Assembly: GCA_016186705.1 (NCBI GenBank)
Contig: JACPLB010000006.1
Coordinates: forward strand, 16,325-80,324
DNA: 64,000 bases
Source of the DNA: Candidatus Kaiserbacteria bacterium
GTDB taxonomy: Bacteria > Patescibacteriota > Minisyncoccia > Phycocordibacterales > JABMNX01
Direction of reading: 5' to 3'
The translations under genes were made by a program, and so were the position numbers. Shown in pieces: positions 45,786-54,825 of this stretch. Below the pieces are notes generated by a model. That model was not told the DNA's origin. It saw only the letters and a list, made by a program, of their open reading frames with translations, and did not search any database. How positions within the stretch are numbered: the first letter of the stretch is position 1; every line of letters starts with the position of its first letter.

Positions 45786-47984
45786 TTACTCTTTCTCTTC
45801 CTCAAAAACCGCTTCGTCTTCACCCGCACTCTCGTCCACCTCGCGTCGATTGAGAACTTCTCTCGGCTTGGCGCCGTCCGCGGGTCCGATGACACCGCGC
45901 TCTTCGAGCATGTCCATGAGCCGCGCCGCACGCGCGTACCCGACCCGCAATTTCCGTTGGAGATACGACGTAGACGCTTTACCTGCTTCCGTGACAATAC
46001 GATGCGCTTCATCGTAGAGGTCGTCGTCTCCTTCGTCATCCAACGTCGCGGAAAAAATCGAGGAGTCTCCTTTTGTCTCCGTAAAATCTATCTCGCTCGG
46101 CACCTCATCCTCATAATGTTTGGTAAGGTACGAAGAAACTTTCTTGACTTCTTGCTCCGAGATAAACGGAGATTGAATGCGCCGCGGCTTCGACATTTCG
46201 TTTGAAAGATAGAGCATATCTCCGGCACCCAAAAGCTTCTCTGCTCCGCCGGTGTCAAGAATGGTGCGCGAGTCTATCTGGGAGGAGACTTGGAGCGCGA
46301 TGCGCGTCGGTATGTTTGCCTTGATAAGTCCGGTAATGACCTGCACCGATGGGCGCTGGGTTGAGAGTATCAAATGGATCCCGACCGCGCGGCTCATTTG
46401 GGCGAGCCGCACGATTGCCGCCTCAAGTTCTCGCGGGTAGGTCTGCATGATATCGGCAAGTTCGTCCATAATAAGAATGATGTACGGCATGGGCTCTGGC
46501 ATGTCTTCTTCGGGAACTTTGTTCTTGAGAGCCGGCGCGAGTATATTTTTATGGTAGGACGCGACGTCGCGGACCGATTCCGCTTCAAGTATGTCATACC
46601 GCCGGTCCATTTCGGTTGCCAACCACTTGAGCGCGAGAATCGCGCGCTTTGCGTCAGTGATAACGGGAGTGAGAAGATGCGGAATATTTTTATAGAGTGT
46701 CAGTTCCACTCGTTTCGGGTCAACCATGATAAGGCGCATGTCCTGGGGGGATTTGCGGTAGAGAAGCGACATAATAATGTTATGAATCATGACGGACTTT
46801 CCCGAACCCGTCGTCCCCGCAATGAGGAGATGGGGCATTTTTGAGAGGTCGGCGAAGTGGGATGCTCCGGCGATGTCGCGCCCGAGCGCGATGACAAGGG
46901 GGCGTTCGGAACGCGCAAATTCCTCTGAAGAAAGGAGAGGTGCAAGGCCAACCATTGATTTTGACGCATTCGGCACTTCAATGCCGACGAGCGATTTTCC
47001 CGGAATCGGCGCTTCAATGCGCACCGGGTGCGCCGCGAGCGCGAGCTCAAGATTGTTCTGGAGCGCGAGTATTTTTGAAAGTCGCACTCCTTCCGCGGGT
47101 TTTAAGGCGTAACGCGTTACGGTCGGTCCAACGGTAATTTCATCCATCTCAACGTGGATGCCGAAGTTCTGGAGTGTTCTCTTGATGATGTTTGCGTTCG
47201 CCTTTATGTCGCCGACATCGGGTTTCCCTTTATCTTTTTCAAGCAAAGAGAGCGGGGGAGGAGTATACGCTCCGAATGCCGGATACATACCGGCACGCTC
47301 CTCTTTTTTGCCGAAGCCGAATATTCCGGAGCTCTCTTTTAATTCCTCCTCTGTCTCCTCTTCCTCATTCTCTTCCTCCTCCGCTTCTTCCTCTGTCTCG
47401 GCTGCATCTTCATCTATGTAAGTTTCAACATCATACTCTTCTTGAGTGTCTCTTCTTTGTGAGAATATACCAGTTAGGAAAGAAAGTGAGGGAAGCTTCG
47501 GGAGAACGTCAAACATAATAAGAAGGGAGAGTACGAAAAGCGCCGAGAGCACCAAGACTGACGCGTAGGTGTCAAAGAGAGCAAGAAGAGGAGTCGCTAT
47601 GAGACCCCCGAGGAATCCTCCACGGAGAGGTACTGCGATGTCGATAAGACTAAGTGTGGAGAGTACCAATACTCCTGCGCCAATTATTTTCAACGGTCTA
47701 TAGGCGTGTTCATGCGCGCGAAAGAACGAGACGGCAATAAAAAGGCATACTACGGGGAGAAGAAAGTAACCCACCCCGAAAAGAAACGAGAGTCCTCCGT
47801 ACGCGCTTTTCCCCGCGACGCCGGCACTATCAAATGCGGCGAGTATGAAAAAAAGTGTAATGAATAAAAAAATGACGCCCCAGATGCCATGGACAGTCTC
47901 TTCTTTGAGGTCAGCAAATATGTTTGTAAAGCGCTGACTTTTTTTATTTTTCCGTGCCATTGTTGATTTTATCAATGATACCAC
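45786..47984 (-). CDS. ftsK: DNA translocase FtsK/SpoIIIE
   Basis: N-terminal 4-5 TM, acidic linker (EEEAEEEENEEEETEEE), motor domain with LIAGTTGSGKSV Walker A, and C-terminal winged-helix gamma domain. Confidence 0.9.
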   Translation of the reverse strand: MVSLIKSTMARKNKKSQRFTNIFADLKEETVHGIWGVIFLFITLFFILAAFDSAGVAGKSAYGGLSFLFGVGYFLLPVVCLFIAVSFFRAHEHAYRPLKIIGAGVLVLSTLSLIDIAVPLRGGFLGGLIATPLLALFDTYASVLVLSALFVLSLLIMFDVLPKLPSLSFLTGIFSQRRDTQEEYDVETYIDEDAAETEEEAEEEENEEEETEEELKESSGIFGFGKKEERAGMYPAFGAYTPPPLSLLEKDKGKPDVGDIKANANIIKRTLQNFGIHVEMDEITVGPTVTRYALKPAEGVRLSKILALQNNLELALAAHPVRIEAPIPGKSLVGIEVPNASKSMVGLAPLLSSEEFARSERPLVIALGRDIAGASHFADLSKMPHLLIAGTTGSGKSVMIHNIIMSLLYRKSPQDMRLIMVDPKRVELTLYKNIPHLLTPVITDAKRAILALKWLATEMDRRYDILEAESVRDVASYHKNILAPALKNKVPEEDMPEPMPYIILIMDELADIMQTYPRELEAAIVRLAQMSRAVGIHLILSTQRPSVQVITGLIKANIPTRIALQVSSQIDSRTILDTGGAEKLLGAGDMLYLSNEMSKPRRIQSPFISEQEVKKVSSYLTKHYEDEVPSEIDFTETKGDSSIFSATLDDEGDDDLYDEAHRIVTEAGKASTSYLQRKLRVGYARAARLMDMLEERGVIGPADGAKPREVLNRREVDESAGEDEAVFEEEKE

Positions 47985-48210
47985 GGGGGAGAAGCCTCTC
48001 TCAAAGGATATGTCTCAAGAGCGCGGTATATTTCTTTACGCATGCGTTATTGTGTTCAAGGAAGAAACGGTGAACAATGACAGTAAGAGATATACAAAGA
48101 AAACTTCCCGCCCTGCCTCAAAGAATCATCTCAAAAGGAGCGCTGCGTACATTAGGTTCCGTGCCCCAACATCATAACAATATGCAATTATGCAAAAATG
48201 TTTTGTAATG

Positions 48211-48324
48211 CTGTCAAGGACTTGTCCTTATGGACATTGTGGATATAATGGACACAACTTTTGTCCTTTTCTGCTAAAGGACAGAAAGGACAAATTATAA
48301 AAGACATTTTGTGTCATATGGACA
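48211..48324. promoter_or_regulatory. operator array of GGACA/TGTCC palindromes with -10 box upstream of the wHTH regulator gene
   Basis: aaggac-tt-gtcctt (48217-48230). TGTCCTTT-N6-AAAGGACA (48262-48283). Further ggaca motifs at 48232 and 48250. tgtc-atatg-gaca spans the ATG at 48318. tataat at 48244-48249. Confidence 0.4.
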
Positions 48325-49097
48325 AAAAAACTAGCGGAGAACTTATGGGGCGTGCCCCGCACAATGCGGGGCGTGATTCAAAAAGCGCAAGTGCTGATAT
48401 TCTTATGGTAGCTCCATTTGGTGAAAATCATGCATGTGCTCATGCGTATAAAAAGACAGAAAAATTGCTTATCGCTGTCCATTTGATTACTAACTTTGTC
48501 CCTGAAAGTGAACCTATAAGACATGCAATAAGAGACATATCGATACACATTCTATCAGACATTCTTAAACTTCGTTTCGGTTTACGTTCCGCAGGTCCGG
48601 AAAAGGTGAACGACACCATTGCTTCCGTGTGCAATATCATCTCCCTTCTCAACGTGCTTCATGCGTCCGGCTTCATATCAGATATGAATCTCGAGGTTCT
48701 ACAGCGGGAGTTTACGAATTACGCCGGATTTTTGCGTGCCATAGAGGATACCGATGAAGCACAAAGCATGAAGCTCTCGGAAAGCTACTTTGCGGTCCCC
48801 TCTGACAAAAGACACCTTAGAGGGAAAGGTTCAATGTCCTTTAGTACGCAATCCTCTACTAAAAGACACACAGGACATTCTTTAAAAAGGACACCATCAT
48901 CCCAAACGCATCTTCAGAGGAGGGATAAGATACTTGCTATTATAAAGGACAAAAAGCGCGTAACAGTAAAAGACATTTCTAGCGTAGTGTCCGATTGTAG
49001 TGAAAAGACAATACAGCGCGAACTTATTGTCATGATGCACGAAGGTGTCCTTAAAAAAGAAGGGGAGCGAAGGTGGAGTGCTTATTCTCTTGTATAA
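48318..49097 (+). CDS. putative DNA-binding regulator with C-terminal winged-helix domain
   Basis: Track ORF begins at a TTG inside the operator; the first ATG is 48318. The C-terminal ~60 aa (RRDKILAIIKDKKRVTVKDISSVVSDCSEKTIQRELIVMMHEGVLKKEGERRWSAYSL) look like a wHTH. N-terminal ~190 aa unassigned. Confidence 0.45.
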   Translation: MDKKTSGELMGRAPHNAGRDSKSASADILMVAPFGENHACAHAYKKTEKLLIAVHLITNFVPESEPIRHAIRDISIHILSDILKLRFGLRSAGPEKVNDTIASVCNIISLLNVLHASGFISDMNLEVLQREFTNYAGFLRAIEDTDEAQSMKLSESYFAVPSDKRHLRGKGSMSFSTQSSTKRHTGHSLKRTPSSQTHLQRRDKILAIIKDKKRVTVKDISSVVSDCSEKTIQRELIVMMHEGVLKKEGERRWSAYSLV

Positions 49098-49347
49098 TAA
49101 TATCCTTTTCCGCACCTCTCGTTTTGCCTCAATGTGACTTTATACCGAAGAAGCCTGTATTTTAGCCATGTTATTGGTTTTTTGTTTTCTACAATCCCTT
49201 AATGCGGTCTGGTTACATGTGCAAAACGGAGCTTTCGAAAGACTTGCGTATGTTCAATCTTAATTACAGAGGGGTTGACTTTTAAGGTCCACAAGGATAC
49301 TCTGTACCCCAATGGATGTGAGTGAACGCCTGCACTATACAGGAGCA

Positions 49348-49369
49348 TAAAAGCCGCAAGGCTTTTTTC
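49348..49369 (+). terminator. rho-independent terminator inside the long non-coding region
   Basis: aaagcc-gcaa-ggcttt followed by ttt. Lies ~250 nt downstream of the regulator stop. Confidence 0.5.
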
Positions 49370-49909
49370 GTGTCGCTATGGCTTAAAATAAGCCCAAGCA
49401 CTCCGATTTTACAGGTACTTCCTTTATCCACACGTACCGTTTTGCGAGTTCATTGTGAAGCGACTATAATTACCCCTAAGCAATCCCGCTTATGCGGGGT
49501 GTGATTTGGGCGATAGGCAGTCGCGTCTGCATGACAGGTACGGCCGTTCGTTGACAATTGAATAATCAAGTTAAAATCTTATAGAACGGCTCTCTGTCGT
49601 TCCATAAGTTCTCAACGTTTTACTGACACTCTTTATACCTCAACGGAAGCAATCATTCAGGATGGCGGTCTTAACACTCTTGCCTGCTAAATCCAGACTC
49701 TCCCGATAATTGAGAGGGTGGAATTAGTGAAGGAAATTATCGCATGTGAGTAATCGTGCGCCTGGTCGTAAACAAGGCACGCGATTATACACAAAACAAA
49801 GGACGGATGTATTTTTGGTCGAAACAAAATACGCTCGTACCTATCAGGCGTTTGTGTGTCTGTCGACACACAGGCACGCAAAAGCATTTATAGGAAATTA
49901 AAGGTCAAT

Positions 49910-52900
49910 ATGATTAACACATTAGAAACAAAAAAAGTTGCAATAGCGATTCTCGTTGTTGCAATGATCTTCGGTGCAGTCTTCGCGCTCTCGAGCGTTA
50001 AGGCGTACGCATTAACCGAAGCTCAAGTTCAATCAATCCTCTCTCTGCTCTCATCGTTCGGAGCTGACCAGGCGACCATCAACAATGTTGATTCATCGCT
50101 TCGAGGATTGCCAACATCAGGCACCGGTTCAACCGGTACTACAGCATGTTCGTTCACTCGATCTCTCACGGTCGGTGCAACAGGCGATGATGTCACATGT
50201 CTCCAGACGTATCTTCAGGGTACGGGACACTTCACCTTCACAGGTGCAAAGGGTTACTTCGGCTCAATTACCCAGAGCGCGGTAGCGGCATGGCAGGCGG
50301 CAAATGGAGTCTCACCGGCAGTCGGATATTTTGGTCCTCTTTCACAGGCGAAGTACACGGCAGTCGCTGGTTCAACCGGCACGACTGGCGGAACGACAAC
50401 TGGCGGAACAACCACAACGCCTGCTCCAACAGGAACAGGATTAACGGTAGGGAGCGCGGGTCAACCTGCGGCTTCACTTGCTCCGGACAGCGCAGCGCGA
50501 GTTCCGTTCACGCGAATCAACGTGACAGCTGGAACCGACGGCGATGTTGTTCTCAACAGCGTCTCTGTAAAGCGAGTAGGACTTGCGGCAAACGCAGTCT
50601 TCTCCGGTGTCATCTTGGTTGATGAAAACGGTGTACAGCTTGGCACCTCAAAGACGCTTGGTTCAAACGACCAAGCAATTGTCGGCGAAGCGGTCACGAT
50701 TAAAGCAGGCCAGACTCGAACCTTCACGGTTGCGGGTAACATGGCGGCGGACAACAGCACACGAGACGGACAGGTTGTCGGTCTCAATGTTGTTGGCGTG
50801 AATACTTCAGCGACGGTATCGGGCTCGCTCCCTATTTCGGGAACACAGCACACGGTAAACGCATCGCTTGCAATCGGTTCGGCAACATTCAACATCTCTT
50901 CATTCGACCCGAACTCAGCACAAACGAAAGAAATTGGAACAACAGGAACACGATTTGCCGGTATCCGCGTTACCGCGGGTTCAGCTGAAGACATCCGAAT
51001 TCGAAACATTCGATGGAATCAGACCGGTTCAGCAGGAAGCACTGACTTTATCAACGTAAAGACAATCGTTGACGGTACAGAATACCCAACAACTGTTTCT
51101 GCAGACGGTAAATTCTACACATCAAACTTTGGCGCGGGTCTCGTGGTTTCTGAAGGAAACAACGTAGACATCTACGTCAAAGGTGACATTGTCGGCGGTT
51201 CAAATCGCACCATTGTCATGGATATCGACAAAGATACCGATGTCTACATTACGGGTGAAACATTCGGATACGGCATTACCGGTACAGCTGGTTCTACGGC
51301 TTCCGCTGCAACGGATAGTTCACAGTTCACGACTGGAACCCCGTTCTTCGATGCTTCCCACATGACGATTTCTGCAGGTTCAGCATCAACAATTCAGAAG
51401 TCAGCATCAGTCCCAGCTCAAAATATTGCAGTGAACGTTCCAAACCAGCCTTTAGGCGCGTTTGAAACGGACATCAAGGGTGAGGCAATCAACGTCTCAG
51501 GAATGACGCTCACGGTTGCATCAACGACGGGCTCAGGAACTGGGCTTCTCACAAACGTAACGATCGTGGACCAGAACGGCGCAGTCGTCGCGGGACCAGT
51601 TGACGCTACCTACACGAGCGCACTGGTTCAGACGCTTACCTTCACTGACTCAATCACCATTCCAGTTGGAAAGATGGTTTACAGTATCAAAGGTAAAGTC
51701 GCTTCAGGTATCGGCAATGGCGGCACCTACATCGTCACAGTCACACCTTCAGGTTGGACGAGTCCAACAGGTGACGTAACGGGTAACGCAATTACCATCT
51801 CGCAAGGCGCATTCACGCTCAACACCATGACGGTGCGAGCCGCTGACCTCGCTATTACTGTCTCAGCAACGCCAGTTGCACAGAATATTACTGCTGGCGC
51901 AACCAACTTCACGTTCGCAAACTACCAGTTTGACGCAACGCAATCAGGTGAGGATGTACGATTCTCATCAATGATAGGTCTCTTAGGCGGTGGCGCCTCT
52001 GGCACCGAAGGTGCATACAACAATCTCTCAGCATGTCAGCTGTGGGATGGCACAACTGCGTTGAACACCGGTTCAAACGTAGTTGACCCTTCAGCGGGGA
52101 CTGCTTCATCGACAAGCGCGAATACGTTTACCTTTGACTCAGCATTAACGATTCCAAAGGGAACGATTAAAACGCTTGCTTTGAAGTGTAACCTCTCAAG
52201 TTCGGCGCACTCAGCGTCAACGTATCAGTGGGGTATCGCAAACACAGCAGCCAACATCACGGTTACGGGTGTAACCTCATCGAACTCCGTGACAGAGACC
52301 GTTACTGCGTCGAACGGCCAGCTTATGACCGTCGCAGCAGTGTCAGTTGTTGTATCGAAGGATTCTTCAAGCCCTTCATACACGATTGCATCGGCTGGCT
52401 CAACAGGCATTACTGCCGGAGTCATCAACTTCCGTGCGGCAAACGAATCCATCACGCTTCAGCGTGTCGGTTTGGTCTTGACCAACACTTCATCATCGTC
52501 GCCAGGGAACCTCACGCAGGTAACCCTCTACGACGGTAATACACCGGTTGGAACCGCAATCTTTACGGGAGCAAGTACTCGCGCAACCTCAACACTTTCA
52601 GTCCCTGTCACTCTTCCAAAAGATACTGACAAGGATTTGACGGTTAAGATTGACCTTGCAAACATCGGCACATCACAGTCGGGAACGCAAGGAGCGTTAA
52701 TTGCGGTTGACGTTGACACGAATAGCACAAATACCCAAGGAGTCGGACAGGAATCGGGAACGACAGTAAATGCGTCCGGTTCTACGGCATTCGACGGTAT
52801 CCGTGTGTTCAAGTCATACCCAACGTTCGCAAAACTTGCGATTCCTTCAACCGTGCTCGTAACCTCAACGATGGATCTCTACCGATTCAGCGTGACGGCG

Positions 52901-53452
52901 AACAGCAAGGGCTCAATCGGTATCTACAAGTTCACGGTAAACATCGCAACATCGTCAACACCAGAAAATACATCATCAACAACGGTGACAAATCTCAAGA
53001 TTCTTGGGTACACTGACTCTGGCTTCTCAAGCGCAGTGTCAGGGTTCACCATTGCAGGTCAATTGAACGACACGACTGCCGGCTTGGTTTCAAGTGGCAA
53101 CACCGATGTCTTGATGACCGGTTCAACGCAGGGTCAGGATTATCTCCAGATCCCAGCGACCGCGACCTACTACTTCCGAGTAGTAGCGGATGTAACCTTA
53201 ACTGGTAGCCCAACGGGTGGTACGGTAACCACGAATCTTCAAGGTGATGCAGAATATCCAGCAAACGGATTGACATTCCTTATGGCCAATGCAGCAAGTA
53301 CAACCGCGTTTACAAACGCAGTTGGCAACGACTTCATCTGGTCACCGAATGCAACCACGACGTCAAACATCACTCATGAAGACTGGACGAACGGTTACTT
53401 CGTACCTGGATTACCAGCAGATAACATGGATAGCCAGGTTATCGTTAAGTAA
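49910..53452 (+). CDS. giant (1181 aa) secreted/TM-anchored surface protein with N-terminal peptidoglycan-binding domain and Thr/Ser/Gly-rich beta repeats
   Basis: Track ORF trimmed to ATG at 49910 preceded by aaagg RBS. N-terminal TM/signal (VAIAILVVAMIFGAVFALSSVKAYA). PG_binding_1-like segment (GATGDDVTCLQTYLQG..., GYFGSITQSAVAAWQAANGVSPAVGYFGPLSQAKY). Then >1000 aa of repeated ~100-aa T/S/G/A/V-rich domains. GC higher than flanks. Confidence 0.6.
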   Translation: MINTLETKKVAIAILVVAMIFGAVFALSSVKAYALTEAQVQSILSLLSSFGADQATINNVDSSLRGLPTSGTGSTGTTACSFTRSLTVGATGDDVTCLQTYLQGTGHFTFTGAKGYFGSITQSAVAAWQAANGVSPAVGYFGPLSQAKYTAVAGSTGTTGGTTTGGTTTTPAPTGTGLTVGSAGQPAASLAPDSAARVPFTRINVTAGTDGDVVLNSVSVKRVGLAANAVFSGVILVDENGVQLGTSKTLGSNDQAIVGEAVTIKAGQTRTFTVAGNMAADNSTRDGQVVGLNVVGVNTSATVSGSLPISGTQHTVNASLAIGSATFNISSFDPNSAQTKEIGTTGTRFAGIRVTAGSAEDIRIRNIRWNQTGSAGSTDFINVKTIVDGTEYPTTVSADGKFYTSNFGAGLVVSEGNNVDIYVKGDIVGGSNRTIVMDIDKDTDVYITGETFGYGITGTAGSTASAATDSSQFTTGTPFFDASHMTISAGSASTIQKSASVPAQNIAVNVPNQPLGAFETDIKGEAINVSGMTLTVASTTGSGTGLLTNVTIVDQNGAVVAGPVDATYTSALVQTLTFTDSITIPVGKMVYSIKGKVASGIGNGGTYIVTVTPSGWTSPTGDVTGNAITISQGAFTLNTMTVRAADLAITVSATPVAQNITAGATNFTFANYQFDATQSGEDVRFSSMIGLLGGGASGTEGAYNNLSACQLWDGTTALNTGSNVVDPSAGTASSTSANTFTFDSALTIPKGTIKTLALKCNLSSSAHSASTYQWGIANTAANITVTGVTSSNSVTETVTASNGQLMTVAAVSVVVSKDSSSPSYTIASAGSTGITAGVINFRAANESITLQRVGLVLTNTSSSSPGNLTQVTLYDGNTPVGTAIFTGASTRATSTLSVPVTLPKDTDKDLTVKIDLANIGTSQSGTQGALIAVDVDTNSTNTQGVGQESGTTVNASGSTAFDGIRVFKSYPTFAKLAIPSTVLVTSTMDLYRFSVTANSKGSIGIYKFTVNIATSSTPENTSSTTVTNLKILGYTDSGFSSAVSGFTIAGQLNDTTAGLVSSGNTDVLMTGSTQGQDYLQIPATATYYFRVVADVTLTGSPTGGTVTTNLQGDAEYPANGLTFLMANAASTTAFTNAVGNDFIWSPNATTTSNITHEDWTNGYFVPGLPADNMDSQVIVK

Positions 53453-53504
53453 TCTACGGTCTCAAGTCTAGGCGCAGGTTTGCTCACATAACCTTCCTAG
53501 CAGC

Positions 53505-53534
53505 AAAAGCCCCTCGCGGAAGCGAGGGGCTTTT
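53505..53534 (+). terminator. rho-independent terminator of the giant gene
   Basis: aaaagcccctcgc-ggaa-gcgaggggctttt. Confidence 0.6.
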
Positions 53535-53600
53535 GCATTGATGTTTCGTCTCTCACGTTTGTCTTTTGTGTTTGTAAGAGTAGAGGGTTAAAGGGAAGCT

Positions 53601-53640
53601 AAAGGATATTTTCTCAGCTATCGCTGAGAAAATATCCTTT
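53601..53640. repeat. intergenic palindromic repeat R copy 1
   Basis: aaaggatattttctcagc-tatc-gctgagaaaatatccttt. Perfect 18-bp arms. Preceded by a GA-rich tract (53560-53600). Confidence 0.6.
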
Positions 53641-53725
53641 GTGAATTATGAACAAAAGTGTTGCATTCTGCCTGTCAGATAGCGAGTTGCACAAGAGTGT
53701 TTTTTTACATACAATACAGTGCGTT

Positions 53726-54541
53726 ATGTTTGAAAATCTCTTGCGGGATAAAAATGTGCAAAAAGCACTCGGCGTGCTTGTTGTCGTTGTCGCGCTCGCG
53801 CTCATTGGTTGGTATATTGTCAACGACTTGAGAGGGAAAACCGATGGAGAAAATCTTGTGCAAGAAGGCGGTATTGGTGCGGATATTCGTGAGGGGGAAG
53901 GGGTTATACAACAAATTCCGGTTGACATAGTGATTACTCCTCGCTCAAATATTCTGACCCCAAAACTTGACCGAGCACTTGTATTTCACACAAATCTTGA
54001 TAGTGCCGCACAAGATATTATTCGAAATAATATTGCGCAGTTGACGGGAAGCTTAAAGGAGCAACCTGATTCTTTTGGGACATGGCTTGACTTGGCAATA
54101 CAATACAAGATTATCGGAGACTACGAAGGAGCGGCGGAAATCTGGGAGTACCTCAATAGAGCGGCTGAAGGAAACACAATCTCACGGGTGAATCTCGGCA
54201 ACCTCTATCACTACGAACTTAAAGAGTACGAAAAATCTGAAGCAAATTTCAAGGACGCGCTCCGTATCAATGCGCAACTACCCGAGGCGTACATGGGACT
54301 CTTTGAACTCTATCGCTACTCGTTTAAGACAAATACAACTGAAGCAGAGGATATCCTCAGAGAAGGAATTACGGCTCTTCCGCAAAATATTGACTTGGTC
54401 ATGACACTCGCCGGCTACTACAAGGAAAAGGAACGAGTAAACGATGCAAAAGAAACCTATCAAAAAGCCCGTACGCTTGCCGAGACTACCGGCAATACCG
54501 CACTCGTCGGAATGATTGACGACGAGCTCTCCGCACTTTAA
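53726..54541 (+). CDS. TM-anchored TPR-repeat protein
   Basis: Track ORF 53648.. overlaps repeat R1; a likelier start is ATG 53726 (MFENLLRDKNVQKALGVLVVVVALALIGWYI, a TM). C-terminal TPR-like units (WLDLAIQYKIIGDYEGAAEIWEYLNRAAE...; PEAYMGLFELYRY...). Confidence 0.5.
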   Translation: MFENLLRDKNVQKALGVLVVVVALALIGWYIVNDLRGKTDGENLVQEGGIGADIREGEGVIQQIPVDIVITPRSNILTPKLDRALVFHTNLDSAAQDIIRNNIAQLTGSLKEQPDSFGTWLDLAIQYKIIGDYEGAAEIWEYLNRAAEGNTISRVNLGNLYHYELKEYEKSEANFKDALRINAQLPEAYMGLFELYRYSFKTNTTEAEDILREGITALPQNIDLVMTLAGYYKEKERVNDAKETYQKARTLAETTGNTALVGMIDDELSAL

Positions 54542-54550
54542 ATTAAAAGC

Positions 54551-54700
54551 ATGAACCGCACCTTCCTTCATTTTCTCTTCGGCTTTCTTGCCATCCTACT
54601 CTTAAGCTTTGTCGTGACTGGCATTGTCGCACAGTACTCCGACGATGAAATTGTTGACAAAGACACGCAAATTGCCTGCCAGCAAACCAACTCCTGCTAA
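54551..54700 (+). CDS. possible small membrane/secreted peptide (49 aa)
   Basis: Unlisted short ORF MNRTFLHFLFGFLAILLLSFVVTGIVAQYSDDEIVDKDTQIACQQTNSC. Hydrophobic N-terminus, two Cys at the C-terminus. Confidence 0.25.
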   Translation: MNRTFLHFLFGFLAILLLSFVVTGIVAQYSDDEIVDKDTQIACQQTNSC

Positions 54701-54766
54701 AAAAGCTTAATAATAAAATCCGGTACAAAAAAGTGCAAAGGCTAAATAAAACCTAGTACAAAAAAG

Positions 54767-54818
54767 TACAACAGAATATTAACTCAGCTATCGCGCAAAA
54801 TTCTTCTGTTGTATAATG
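54767..54818. promoter_or_regulatory. R-family variant (copy 2) carrying a -10 box immediately upstream of the PaaX-like gene
   Basis: acaacagaatattaactcagctatcgcgcaaaattcttctgttgtataatg shares ctcagctatcgcgcaaaattct with R4. Flanking arms acaacagaa/ttctgttgt. tataat at 54811-54816. Direct repeat gtacaaaaaagt(g/a)caa at 54723 and 54756. Confidence 0.4.
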
Positions 54819-54825
54819 TAAAATA

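Noticed and set aside
49840-49880. c-di-GMP-I (GEMM) riboswitch-like string ggcacgcaaaagc just upstream of the giant gene
   Set aside because: Only a 9-10-nt similarity to the GGGACGCAAAGCC core. The paired GGCAAACC element and the P1/P2 architecture were not found.
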